Below are positions 17,752 to 29,132 of a stretch of 64,000 bases of DNA, piece by piece (the first letter of the stretch is position 1; each line of letters opens with the position of its first letter). A model generated the notes under the pieces. It was not told the origin of the DNA. It saw only the letters and a program-made list of their open reading frames with translations, and did not search any database. The stretch covers positions 4,256,001-4,320,000 of the forward strand of contig OZ241867.1 in NCBI GenBank assembly GCA_965203175.1. The letters are read 5' to 3'. The translations under genes and the position numbers were made by a program. Source of the DNA: Candidatus Latescibacterota bacterium (GTDB lineage Bacteria; Latescibacterota; UBA2968; UBA8231).

Positions 17752-17771
17752 ACATATGTGCCAAGCGTCCC

Positions 17772-19719
<1,948 letters not shown>

Positions 19720-19768
19720 GTTAGCTCCTCCTTTTATGGGTAAAATGGCTATGGCACGCTATATGCAA

Positions 19769-19784
19769 TGCAACTTTCGTGCCA
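19769..19784 (-). promoter_or_regulatory. sigma54 (-24/-12) promoter of groESL
   Basis: Minus strand TGGCAC-GAAAG-TTGCA, a perfect consensus, about 50 nt upstream of groES. Confidence 0.8.
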
Positions 19785-19813
19785 AATGACGAAAAATTTG
19801 CTAGTGTTTTGTT

Positions 19814-19987
19814 TATAAAGCACTTACGACTTATCTTGACGCAAGACAATAAATGGGGATTTTATCATATTGAGAATATACGCGTAAAAAAGACATAAAA
19901 AACAAATATAAGTACATTAAAAATAATTTATTGTGTTATTTTCTCTAAATGATAATAAGAACATAAAATTCTCATTATGAAAAAATC
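19814..19987. promoter_or_regulatory. putative IHF site and three upstream activator sites
   Basis: TATAAAGCACTTA (19814-19826, one mismatch to WATCAAN4TTR); TTATCA-TAT-TGAGAA (19862), TTCTCT-AAA-TGATAA (19941), TTCTCA-TTA-TGAAAA (19969). Confidence 0.55.
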
Positions 19988-19996
19988 GAGGGATTA

Positions 19997-20779
19997 ATGA
20001 ATTGGGATGACCAGCGGGTTGTACTGACCGGAGCCAGCAGCGGCATCGGTCGCGCCTTGGCCCTCGTGCTAGCCGAGCGAGGGGCGCGCTTGGTGTTGGT
20101 GGCTCGCCGCGCTCAGGCGCTAGCAGAGCTAGGATCGGCCATTGAAGAAAGCGGTGGTCGCCGACCGTTAGTGGTACCGTGCGACGTAAGCGATCTAGCC
20201 CAAGTCGGCGCTTTGCACGCCGAGGTGGAGGCGCAATGGGGCGGGGCTGACGTGCTGATCAACAACGCGGGTCGGGGGCACTACAACTTTTTTGCCGACG
20301 CGGATGTGCGCGAATGCGAGGCCGTGGTGCAAACGAATCTGCTCGGTGCCATCTACTGCACTCGGGCGTTTCTGCCGGGTATGCTGGCGCAAGGGCGGGG
20401 CCGGTTGGTCTTTATATCGAGTATTGTCGGCGAATTTCCCGTACCCAAGCACGCAGTGTATAGCGCGACAAAATTCGCGGTGAGCGGTTTGGCCGAAAGC
20501 CTCGATTACGAGCTGGCTCCCCGAGGCATTGGCGTCCACCTCGTAGAGCCGGGTTTGGTGCATACCGAGTTTGCTGCGCGGGCTGGCACTAAGCACCTGC
20601 CCGTGCAGAAAAAATTCGCCAAGTCGGCGGAGGAAGTGGCCGAAGCTATTGCAGACGCCGTAGCCGCGGGCAAGCGCAAGAGCGTCCCAGATGCGGCCGC
20701 GCTTTTGCTGATCAAGCTGCGCCAGCACTTGCCCCGCTTGACGCGGTTTGCTTTTAGGAGGGTCTGCCGTCGGCTCTAG
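19997..20779 (+). CDS. short-chain dehydrogenase/reductase
   Basis: TGASSGIG, NNAG, YSATK. Confidence 0.92.
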   Translation: MNWDDQRVVLTGASSGIGRALALVLAERGARLVLVARRAQALAELGSAIEESGGRRPLVVPCDVSDLAQVGALHAEVEAQWGGADVLINNAGRGHYNFFADADVRECEAVVQTNLLGAIYCTRAFLPGMLAQGRGRLVFISSIVGEFPVPKHAVYSATKFAVSGLAESLDYELAPRGIGVHLVEPGLVHTEFAARAGTKHLPVQKKFAKSAEEVAEAIADAVAAGKRKSVPDAAALLLIKLRQHLPRLTRFAFRRVCRRL

Positions 20780-20785
20780 GCCGTA

Positions 20786-21568
20786 CTACTGAGAGGTGTA
20801 CCCGCCATCGACGACTAAGGTCGCCCCGGTGGTAAAGCCAGATGCTTCCGAGGCGAAGTAGAGGACGGCCGTGGCTAGCTCGGCCGGGTCGCCCCAGCGG
20901 TCCATGGGGACTTTGGCGATCATTGCGCGCGCCTTGGCTGGGTCTTGCAGCAGAGGTTCATTGATTGGGGTGATAAAAGGGCCGGGGCAGATGGCGTTGA
21001 CGGTGATTCCGTGCGCTGCCCATTCGAGGGCGAGGGTCTTGGTGAGTTGGACGATGCCGCCCTTGCTCGATGCATACGGCGTGCGGTCGGCGATTGAGAC
21101 CTGCGATACAGTGGATCCAAGGTTGATGACGCGGCCGTAACCGCGCTCGATCATCTGCGGCCCCACGGCTCGACAGTAATACATCGGGCCGGTGAGGTTG
21201 ATGGCGATAACCGCGTCCCAATCCTCGTCGCGCAAATCGACGATAGGGCTGCGGATGTTGATGCCGGCGTTGTTGATCAGAATGTCGATGGGGCCCAAGG
21301 CGTCGTTGATTTGGCTCACTGAGGCTTCCACTTGGGCGCGGTCGGCCGCATCGGCTTGGAAAGCGAGCACGCGGCCGTTGGTGTGAGCGCTGATTTGCGC
21401 GGCTGCGACGCGGGCTTCTTCTGCATTGCGGCTGGTGAGGGCCACGTCGGCGCCGGCCGCGGACAGCGCACAGGCCATGGCTTCTCCGAGGCCCTTGCTG
21501 CCGCCCGTCACCAAGGCCGTGCGGCCCTTGAGACTGAAGAGGTCGAGCGAGGAAGGCGGAATCATCAC
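20786..21568 (-). CDS. short-chain dehydrogenase/reductase (gluconate 5-dehydrogenase/FabG-like)
   Basis: [28 protein letters not shown]. Confidence 0.92.
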   Translation of the reverse strand: MMIPPSSLDLFSLKGRTALVTGGSKGLGEAMACALSAAGADVALTSRNAEEARVAAAQISAHTNGRVLAFQADAADRAQVEASVSQINDALGPIDILINNAGINIRSPIVDLRDEDWDAVIAINLTGPMYYCRAVGPQMIERGYGRVINLGSTVSQVSIADRTPYASSKGGIVQLTKTLALEWAAHGITVNAICPGPFITPINEPLLQDPAKARAMIAKVPMDRWGDPAELATAVLYFASEASGFTTGATLVVDGGYTSQ

Positions 21569-21810
21569 AGCGAGGACCAGCCTTCGGCCTCGACCATGGA
21601 CTTGGCGAGGTCGCCTAACTCGGCGACTAGCTCATCCTGATCTTTGGCGCGGGCCTTATTGGTGATCTGCATGGTTAGGGCGATCAACCCCAAGCCGAAA
21701 ATCCGCTGCAAGCTCTGCGGCGAGTCTGGTTCGAGGTCGGGAATCAGCTCGGACAGGCGGTTGAGCAGGTCGCGGTGCTCGGCGGGAATTTCAATGACTT
21801 CCAAGGACAT
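21565..21810 (-). CDS. small hypothetical protein
   Basis: [12 protein letters not shown]... 81 aa, host-like codon use, stop overlaps the SDR start. Confidence 0.55.
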   Translation of the reverse strand: MSLEVIEIPAEHRDLLNRLSELIPDLEPDSPQSLQRIFGLGLIALTMQITNKARAKDQDELVAELGDLAKSMVEAEGWSSL

Positions 21811-21845
21811 AGCGGCATTAAAAGTAACGCACGGTATAGTTGCGG

Positions 21846-22691
21846 TCAAAGTTCCACATCGCAGGTGACGAAGTGTTCGTCCTCTTGGGTGATGCGGCTC
21901 CAAGGCGCGTCGGGATCATGGTCCCAGGCGACAATCCACCCTTGAGCGGCGGCTTCGGCGGTAAATTGCTGTTTGCGGGTCAGGGTCTGGTAGGGGAACA
22001 TGTCGTAGGCCATGTTCCAATAGGGCCGCAGGTGGAGACGCGTGGGGATTAGCTCCCCGGGATAGATGAGGGTGTGGCCGCTGGCCTCAAGGCGAAAGCC
22101 CTGATGAGTGCGGGTGTGGCCGCCGGTGACAAAAGTCGTCAGTCCCGGTGCCAATTCGCTGTCGCCGTCGAGGAAGCGCATCTCGACTTGGCGGGCGAGA
22201 GCGTGGAGTTCTTCGGGCCGATAGCTGCTGCGCATGGTACTGCGACCGGCCAAGGCGTCGTCCCACTCGCCGCGCTGTACCATGTGGACGGCATTGGGAA
22301 AGAGCGGCTCTAGATCCGTAGGCTCCTCGACGAGACAGCCACTGAAGTGGTCGAAGTGCAGGTGGGTGAGCGCGACCATGGTGATTGCCTCCGGGGCCAC
22401 GTCTGCGGCGGCGAGCGAGCCACGCAGCGTCTGCGCGCCATCCATGCCGTACATAGTGCGTTCGCGTGAAGAGAAGCGCTCGCCAAATCCGGTGTCGAGT
22501 AGCACGAGTTCGCGACCCGTTTTTAGGAGTAGGCAGTTGCACGACAGGCGGATGCGGTTGTGTTCGTCGGCAGTTGTGACGCGCTGCCACAGGGCCTTGG
22601 GCACCAAGCCGAACATGGTCCCTCCATCGAGGCGAAAGTCGCCGCCGGGCAGGTGTACGGCCTCTGCGTCGCCTAGGTCGAGGGTGTGCAT
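21846..22691 (-). CDS. MBL-fold metallo-hydrolase (YtnP-like)
   Basis: 'LDGGTMFGLVPK.LW', THLHFDH, GGHT..HQ. Confidence 0.9.
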   Translation of the reverse strand: MHTLDLGDAEAVHLPGGDFRLDGGTMFGLVPKALWQRVTTADEHNRIRLSCNCLLLKTGRELVLLDTGFGERFSSRERTMYGMDGAQTLRGSLAAADVAPEAITMVALTHLHFDHFSGCLVEEPTDLEPLFPNAVHMVQRGEWDDALAGRSTMRSSYRPEELHALARQVEMRFLDGDSELAPGLTTFVTGGHTRTHQGFRLEASGHTLIYPGELIPTRLHLRPYWNMAYDMFPYQTLTRKQQFTAEAAAQGWIVAWDHDPDAPWSRITQEDEHFVTCDVEL

Positions 22692-23680
22692 CAGGTGTGG
22701 ACGAGGACCTTGACGCCCTCGGTGGCAAATTGGCAGCGCATCTCGCGCAGGCCCTCACGGGCCATGCTTGCGCGCAGCTTGGCGTGGTGTTCAGCCGGGC
22801 AATAGAACATGAGGAAACCACCGCCGCCGGCCCCTAGCAGCTTGCCGCCGAGGGCACCGGCGGCGCGACCGGTCGCGTACCAGAGGTCGATATCCGCATT
22901 GGATATCTGCTGCGCCCGTTGCTTTTTGGCCAGCCAGTGCTCGTGGAGCAATTCGCCGAAGCGTTCGAGCGCGTTTCGTTCGAGCGCCTCCTTGATCTGG
23001 TAGCCGATTTGCTTGGTCTGATGTAGGCTGTCTATGACCTGGTCGTCGCCTTGTTGGGTATCTTGATTTTGTTGGGAGAGGATGTCCGAACTCTCTCGCC
23101 GAATGCCGGTAAAAAAGACCAGCATGTTGGCGGCTAGGGCCTCGGCGGTGGGTGTGGGGATTGCCAGTGACGAGACTGTGACGCGCCCGCTGGTGTCGAT
23201 GTCGAGGCAAGTCAGGCCGCCGAAGGTGCCCAAGTAATGGTCGTGTTTGCCCGCTGGCTGGGCGGCCCGTACCGCTTCGATATGGTGGGCTTCCTCTGCT
23301 AGCGCTTGGGGGGAGGGCTGTTCGCGTTTATAGGCGTGGAGCGCGGCCAGCAGCGCCACGGTGAACGCGCCAGACGACCCCAGACCCGTGCGTCCTGGCA
23401 CGTCGGACATCGCGCTAATTTCGATCCCACCCTCGATTCCGGCGTAGATCAGGGCTTCGCGCAGCAGAGGGTGTTGGATCTGGTCGGGTGCATCGACCTT
23501 TTCGGTCTGCGAGTACTTGACGCGGATGAAGTCTTCCACCTTGAGGTCGTTGAGCTGGATATAGACGTATTTGTCAATGCCAGCGCTGAGCACAAAGCCC
23601 CCGTAATGGGTGTAATAGGAGGCTAGGTCGGTGCCGCCACCGCCGAGCGGAATGCGCAAGGGCGCTCTGGTGATGATCAA
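22691..23680 (-). CDS. GHMP sugar kinase (HddA-like heptose-7-phosphate kinase)
   Basis: 'RAPLRIPLGGGGTD', 'PGRTGLGSSG', 'GGKLLGAGGGGF'. Confidence 0.88.
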   Translation of the reverse strand: MIITRAPLRIPLGGGGTDLASYYTHYGGFVLSAGIDKYVYIQLNDLKVEDFIRVKYSQTEKVDAPDQIQHPLLREALIYAGIEGGIEISAMSDVPGRTGLGSSGAFTVALLAALHAYKREQPSPQALAEEAHHIEAVRAAQPAGKHDHYLGTFGGLTCLDIDTSGRVTVSSLAIPTPTAEALAANMLVFFTGIRRESSDILSQQNQDTQQGDDQVIDSLHQTKQIGYQIKEALERNALERFGELLHEHWLAKKQRAQQISNADIDLWYATGRAAGALGGKLLGAGGGGFLMFYCPAEHHAKLRASMAREGLREMRCQFATEGVKVLVHT

Positions 23681-23692
23681 ACTATCCTCGTT

Positions 23693-24412
23693 TCAGGGAA
23701 GGGCAAAAGCGCCCGAGTCCACGCACTGACAGGCGTGACGATAGCGCTGCGGCGTATCGGTCGAAAGGAGCTGACCGCGCAAGGGATGCCCGAGTAGGGG
23801 GCGGCCTGCGGCGAGCAAGTCGGCGAAGACCTCGCTGAAGTCGCAGGGGGTGTCGAGCGGGATGCGGTCGAGGATTTCGGGTTGTAGGGCGTAGATCCCG
23901 GCATTGACCCAGTAGTTGTCGAATACTTGGTCGGGCCGCGGTTTTTCTATGAAGCGCTCGATGCGGTGGTGTGCGTCGAGGCCGATGATGCCCCGCGTGG
24001 TCGGATCGTCCATCCACAAGAGTCCGATGCTGGCGATTTCGCCCTCGCGTTGGTGGGTTTGCCACAAGTCGCCTAAGTCGAAGTTGGTCAGGTTGTCTCC
24101 GTAGTACACTAAAAAAGGGTCGTCGAAGCAGTCGGCAACTTGCCGCACAGCGCCAGCGGTGCCTAGTAGCTCGTCCTCCAGTGAATAGGTGATCGACACG
24201 CCCCAGGCCCGACCATCGCCGAAATAGTCGGTGATGATTTGGGGCAAGTGGTGGAGGTTGATGACGAGGTCGTCGAATCCGTGTTGCGCCAACAGGCGCA
24301 CGACGTATTCGAGCAGGGGTTTGCCGGCAAAGGGGACCATCGCCTTGGGGGTCGCGTCGGTGAGCGGGCGCAGGCGCGTGCCGCGCCCGGCGGCTAGGAT
24401 CATCGCCTTCAC
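23693..24412 (-). CDS. sugar-1-phosphate nucleotidyltransferase (HddC/mannose-1-P guanylyltransferase-like)
   Basis: 'ILAAGRGTRLRPLT..PK', 'LGTAGAV', 'FIEKP', 'NAGIY'. Confidence 0.9.
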   Translation of the reverse strand: MKAMILAAGRGTRLRPLTDATPKAMVPFAGKPLLEYVVRLLAQHGFDDLVINLHHLPQIITDYFGDGRAWGVSITYSLEDELLGTAGAVRQVADCFDDPFLVYYGDNLTNFDLGDLWQTHQREGEIASIGLLWMDDPTTRGIIGLDAHHRIERFIEKPRPDQVFDNYWVNAGIYALQPEILDRIPLDTPCDFSEVFADLLAAGRPLLGHPLRGQLLSTDTPQRYRHACQCVDSGAFALP

Positions 24413-25524
24413 GCGCTAGCCATGCGAAGGACGTTGGCAGCTCGCATATTCGCTTGGGCCGCCGCGTAGAAGTCCGCGAGGTTGGGCTGACCTTTAATCC
24501 ACTCGATGTATTCGCCAATAGTCTGTTCGAGCGAGCCCTCGGGCTGCCAGCCGAGGGCTTGTAGGGCCGCGCCGGAGGAAACGGTGTGGCGGGTGTCGCC
24601 AAAGCGATATTCGCCGCTTACGAGCGGTTCGATGGTCCGCCCGGCGATGTGCGTTACTAGCTGGGCGTATTCGAGGACGGTGGTGCCGCGCTGTCCGGCG
24701 ACATTGAAGGAGCGAAAATCGGCGCGCTCGTCTTCGAGACAGAGGACATTGGCGCGGGCCACATCGCCGACATAGACGTAGTCGCGCAGCGATTGGCCGT
24801 CCTCGTAGCAGATGGGGGGTTGGTCGTGTAGGACGCGGAGAGCAAAAATGCGGCCGATGCCCGAATAGGCATTGAAAAAAGAGTTGCGCGGCCCTTGGAC
24901 GATGGAGTAGCGCATGTTGACTGTGGGAATGTCGTATTTGCGACCGAGGCTGAAGGAGGTCAGTTCTGCCGCGTATTTGGAGATGCCATAGGGAGTGTGG
25001 GGGTTGACGGTATCTTCAGTGATTGGCTGGTGTTCGAGTTCAGCGGCGCAGTAAGGGCAGCGGACTTCCCACTCAGCTCTAGCTAACTGTGCATCGGGAC
25101 GGGCGTCGGGATAGACGATGCCGTGCTCGCCGCAGCGGTACTTGCCCTCGCCATAGACGGCTTGCGACGAGGCTAGGACGACTTTTCGCACGGGTAACTT
25201 CTCGGCGACGATCAGTTCGTAGAGCAGGGTGGCACCGACGGTGTTGACGTGGTGGAAGGTGGAGAAATCGGGCAGGTAGTCTTGGTAGGCCGCTAAGTGA
25301 ATGACGCCATCGATGCCGTCGAGCGCGGCCAGCCAGTCGGTGCGGTGGCGCACGTCGCCGCGCATCTTTTCCACGCCTGTGGGGAGATAGGTGGGCCAGC
25401 CTTCGGGGTGGACCCGCTCCTGGAGGGAGTCGAGGATGCGGACGCGATAGCCCGCGGCGACGAGGCGATCTACGGTGTGCGAGCCGATAAAGCCGGCACC
25501 GCCTGTGACTAGAATGTGGCGCAT
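24409..25524 (-). CDS. NAD-dependent epimerase/dehydratase
   Basis: TGGAGFIG, YGISK, 'RDYVYVGDVA'. Confidence 0.92.
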   Translation of the reverse strand: MRHILVTGGAGFIGSHTVDRLVAAGYRVRILDSLQERVHPEGWPTYLPTGVEKMRGDVRHRTDWLAALDGIDGVIHLAAYQDYLPDFSTFHHVNTVGATLLYELIVAEKLPVRKVVLASSQAVYGEGKYRCGEHGIVYPDARPDAQLARAEWEVRCPYCAAELEHQPITEDTVNPHTPYGISKYAAELTSFSLGRKYDIPTVNMRYSIVQGPRNSFFNAYSGIGRIFALRVLHDQPPICYEDGQSLRDYVYVGDVARANVLCLEDERADFRSFNVAGQRGTTVLEYAQLVTHIAGRTIEPLVSGEYRFGDTRHTVSSGAALQALGWQPEGSLEQTIGEYIEWIKGQPNLADFYAAAQANMRAANVLRMASA

Positions 25525-25643
25525 GAGTTGGCTCTAAGATAAATAGGGGGAGAAATCCCAGCCAAGGGCGTCGCGGTTGACAGAAAATCGCTGTTGTGTG
25601 GATTTTCAGAGGTCGCAGTGAAATCGAATGGACGAAACAGAGA

Positions 25644-26765
25644 ATGCGCTACGCGCCTAAAATAGCCCTCGCACTGGTCAGCTTAATCATCGGGATTGCA
25701 CTGTGCGAGTTGGCGTTGAGCTTCTTGCACCCGCAGCTCTTCCGCCGGCCTCCCGTCTGGCACTACGATCCCGAACTGGGTTGGAGCCACATCCCGGACC
25801 GCGCCGGCCGTTTGATCACCCCGGAATTCGACGTGGAAATGCGGATCAACAGCATCGGGTTGCGCGATCGCGAATTCGCAACAGAAAAGGCCGCGGGCGT
25901 CCGTCGTGTGGCCCTGTTCGGCGACTCATTTGTCGAAGGGTGGGGCGTTCCCATAGAATCCGCGGTCAGCCGTCAGCTCGAAGCTTGTCTCCAGCGGGAG
26001 GAGGCCGAGGTGGAGGTGGCTAACTTCGGGGTGGCTGGCTACGGCACCGATCAAGCCTTGTTGTTTTTCGAACAACAAGGACCGCGATTCAAGGCCGATG
26101 AGGTGGTGCTCTTTTTTTACGGCAACGACCTGTGGAACAATGCCTCGCGCCGGGGCATTGGTGCCGAGCGGGGCTTCAAGCCCTACTTCCGGGTGCGGAA
26201 CAACGGGCAGCTCGCGCTCGCGGGTGTCCCGGTAAAGGAGTCGAGCTTTTGGCGACAGCCCGCAGACGCGTTGCCCCTTACGGTGCGATTGGAACGCTAC
26301 TTTTCGCAGCACTGGCACTTGTACCGGCTGGTGCAAAAGGCGTGGCAGCCGGAGGTGCCGCGCGGGCAGCAACAGGATTTTTACGCGGGCCTGTACGGCG
26401 CGGAGGCGCGCTTTGCTCCCGCTTGGGAGCTGACGGGCCGCATCCTCGCGGCCTTTAAGCACAGCGTCGAGCGACACGGCGCGCGCCTAACCGTTGTGTA
26501 CGTACCGTCGATCGTCCAGGTAGAAGAGGACAACTGGCGCGCCAAGCGCGAGCTGTACGGCCTGATCGGCGAGTTTGACCTGAGCAAGCCCAATGCCAGG
26601 CTAGCCAGCTTTGCCGAGGAGTACGGATTCGCGTTGATCGACTTGCTCGACGAGTTCAGGGAAAAGACCCAAACCCAAACCCTGTATTGGCGCGATAGCC
26701 ACTGGAACGCGGCTGGCCACGCCTTGGCGGCTGAGCGGCTCTGCGCGCATCTGCGGAGGCCCTAG
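25644..26765 (+). CDS. membrane-anchored SGNH/GDSL hydrolase (AlgX/AlgJ-like)
   Basis: N-terminal TM; GDSF, 'NFGVAGYG', GND, 'DSHWN'. Confidence 0.85.
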   Translation: MRYAPKIALALVSLIIGIALCELALSFLHPQLFRRPPVWHYDPELGWSHIPDRAGRLITPEFDVEMRINSIGLRDREFATEKAAGVRRVALFGDSFVEGWGVPIESAVSRQLEACLQREEAEVEVANFGVAGYGTDQALLFFEQQGPRFKADEVVLFFYGNDLWNNASRRGIGAERGFKPYFRVRNNGQLALAGVPVKESSFWRQPADALPLTVRLERYFSQHWHLYRLVQKAWQPEVPRGQQQDFYAGLYGAEARFAPAWELTGRILAAFKHSVERHGARLTVVYVPSIVQVEEDNWRAKRELYGLIGEFDLSKPNARLASFAEEYGFALIDLLDEFREKTQTQTLYWRDSHWNAAGHALAAERLCAHLRRP

Positions 26766-26768
26766 CCA

Positions 26769-29132
26769 GTGGAGTGGCGCAAGGATCTAGGTGCTGTGGG
26801 GCTGCTCGGGGCGGCGGTCGCCATTTTCTTCTGGCCGGCCGCTGTGTTAGAAGGGGCGTTTTTCGTGCAGGACGTGATGGTGCAAAACCACCCGTTCCGC
26901 GACTTTTTCGCCCGCGCCCTCCGCGAAGGCCAATTGCCGTTATGGAATGCGGCCATCAACTGCGGCTTCCCGCTGTTTGCCGAAGGCCAAGCCGGGCCGC
27001 TGTATCCGCCCAATGTGATTTTGGCGTTGCTGTTGCCTACTTGGGCCGCTATCAACTGGAACATTGTCTTGCACCTGTGGTTGGCGGGCGCGGGCATGTA
27101 CGCGCTGGTGCGCACTTTTGGTACTGTGCGACCGGCTGCGCTGTGCGCGGGGCTTTGCTACGCCCTGAGCGGGTACATGGTCGTGCGGGCCATGTCACCC
27201 AACTTCATCGACGTATGCGCTTGGTTGCCGCTGCTGTTTTGGCTCGTCGATCGCATCCTGAACCGGAGGCACTTTTTTTGCGTACTGCTCTTTGCCTTAG
27301 TGATTGGCTTGCAATTGCTGGCTGGCCATCCCCAAGCCGCTCTGTACGGGGCCGTCGCCGTTGCGGGCTACTGGCTCTATCGAAGCTGGGTTCAAGGCGC
27401 GGGATGGATCGCTTGGCCGATGCTGGTTGGCGCACTCGTGCTGGGTGCGGCCCTAGCCGCTGTCCAGCTAGTACCTACTGCCGAATTAGTGCAGCTATCC
27501 AATCGCGGGGCCGGTCTGTCGTGGGCCAGCTTTGTGGCAATGTCGCTGCCTCCCGAGCGGCTGGCTACCTTGTTGTGGCCCAACTTCTTCGGCAATTCGG
27601 CACACGGCACGTACGGGAGCCGGGAAGTGGGCTTCTTCATCCAACTCTGCACTTATGTCGGCGTGGTGCCCCTGTTTTTGGCTTGGGCAGCCCTGCGCGA
27701 GCGGCGGGACGGCCAAGTCGGTTTTTTCGCTGCGCTCGCCCTTGTCGGGCTAGTGCTCGCACTGGGCAAATACACGGCCATCTTTTCCTTTTTTTATCAA
27801 ATTCCAGGGTTTAGCCTATTCCGCATCCCAACGCGCTTTTTGTTGTGGTTTGCCGTGGGAGCATCCGTGCTCTGCGGCCTCGGCCTCGATCAAGTGTTGC
27901 GCCGTGAGCGTCAACGGCCTGCGAATGGTTGGCTGTTGGCCGCAGTCCTCGGCGCGGCCAGTGTAGGTCTGCTATGGGCTAGCGAAGTTGCGCTCTTTGG
28001 GGATGGTTTAGAGCCAACGCGCTACATTCACCACTTGCGCGGCGACGGCCTGCGGCTCGTAGGAGCGTTGATAATCGGCGCGTGGCTGCTCGGCCGACGA
28101 ACTCGACGAGCCGCAGCGTGGGCTGCGCCCGTGGTCATTTTTGCCGAGCTGTACAGCTTTGGCGCGGATTTTAACGGCACCATAGAGCCAACTGCGTACA
28201 CCGAAACTCCGGCGACGGTCCGCGAGATTTTGGCCGACCACACGGCTGTGGCACCGCCGCGGATCGTCAGTTTGGTCAACGAGCGGAACTCGCCATTTGA
28301 CTGGCACGGGGGATGGGCCTACGACTTGGAGTCCTATCGGCGCTATAACGAGACCTTGCGGATGTATTCGGGGGGGCTGTACGGATTGGCCAACGCGCTG
28401 CCTGGGTGGAGTCCGCTGCACCTGTATCGCCACGGGGAGTTCGCTCGCGGTTATCCGGCGTTTGCCTCCTTGGCCAGCGTGGAATACGCGGTGCGCTACA
28501 GCCGAGCTGGGGGCTTTGACGTGCAGCGTCTGACTACGGCCTTGCCCCGCGCGTACGCGGTGGATCAATTCCACCTCGCCACTAGTCCGCGAGCCGGGCT
28601 GAATTATATGGCTCGCGGGTTTCCCATGCGGCGCGAAGTCGTTTTGGAGGAAGCACCGACCGCGCCGATTGGGCCGGGAGGTGCAGCGCGAATCGTCCGC
28701 TACGAAGACGAGGAAGTCGCCGTGGCCCTTGCCGACTCGGCCGGGGGAATTTTGGTCTTGAGCGATACCTATTATCCGGGCTGGCGAGCCTTTGTCGACG
28801 GGGTTGAGCGCCCGATTCTTCGCACCAATCACGTGTTCCGCGCCGTAGTGGTCCCGGCCGGAGCGCGAGAGGTTGTCTTTTCGTACGAGCCGGATAGTTT
28901 CCGCTATGGCTTACTGGTCAGCGTGGCCGCGGCAGCGCTCTTGTTGGGGCTAGCTTGGGGCGGTAGGCGGCTGATCTTGCCACCGGTGGAGAATATGCCG
29001 GTGGCCGCAGGGGCGCAGTTGAAAGTCCGGGCTGTGTTGGGAGTCTTGGTTTTCGTACTCCACGCAATAGCCACGCAAGGGCCTTTGTGGAGCGAGTGGC
29101 TCGAACGCCTGCGGCTAGGGGTGGGGTCGTGA
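26769..29132 (+). CDS. YfhO-family GT-C membrane protein
   Basis: 'GQLPLWN..INCGFP.FA', many TM helices, 'LAGHPQ', C-terminal 'LSDTYYPGWRAFVDG'. Confidence 0.88.
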   Translation: MEWRKDLGAVGLLGAAVAIFFWPAAVLEGAFFVQDVMVQNHPFRDFFARALREGQLPLWNAAINCGFPLFAEGQAGPLYPPNVILALLLPTWAAINWNIVLHLWLAGAGMYALVRTFGTVRPAALCAGLCYALSGYMVVRAMSPNFIDVCAWLPLLFWLVDRILNRRHFFCVLLFALVIGLQLLAGHPQAALYGAVAVAGYWLYRSWVQGAGWIAWPMLVGALVLGAALAAVQLVPTAELVQLSNRGAGLSWASFVAMSLPPERLATLLWPNFFGNSAHGTYGSREVGFFIQLCTYVGVVPLFLAWAALRERRDGQVGFFAALALVGLVLALGKYTAIFSFFYQIPGFSLFRIPTRFLLWFAVGASVLCGLGLDQVLRRERQRPANGWLLAAVLGAASVGLLWASEVALFGDGLEPTRYIHHLRGDGLRLVGALIIGAWLLGRRTRRAAAWAAPVVIFAELYSFGADFNGTIEPTAYTETPATVREILADHTAVAPPRIVSLVNERNSPFDWHGGWAYDLESYRRYNETLRMYSGGLYGLANALPGWSPLHLYRHGEFARGYPAFASLASVEYAVRYSRAGGFDVQRLTTALPRAYAVDQFHLATSPRAGLNYMARGFPMRREVVLEEAPTAPIGPGGAARIVRYEDEEVAVALADSAGGILVLSDTYYPGWRAFVDGVERPILRTNHVFRAVVVPAGAREVVFSYEPDSFRYGLLVSVAAAALLLGLAWGGRRLILPPVENMPVAAGAQLKVRAVLGVLVFVLHAIATQGPLWSEWLERLRLGVGS

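Noticed and set aside
19720-19860. CIRCE element upstream of groES
   Set aside because: No TTAGCACTC-N9-GAGTGCTAA; the TGGCAC...GTGCCA repeat has the wrong spacing and fits sigma54 sites.
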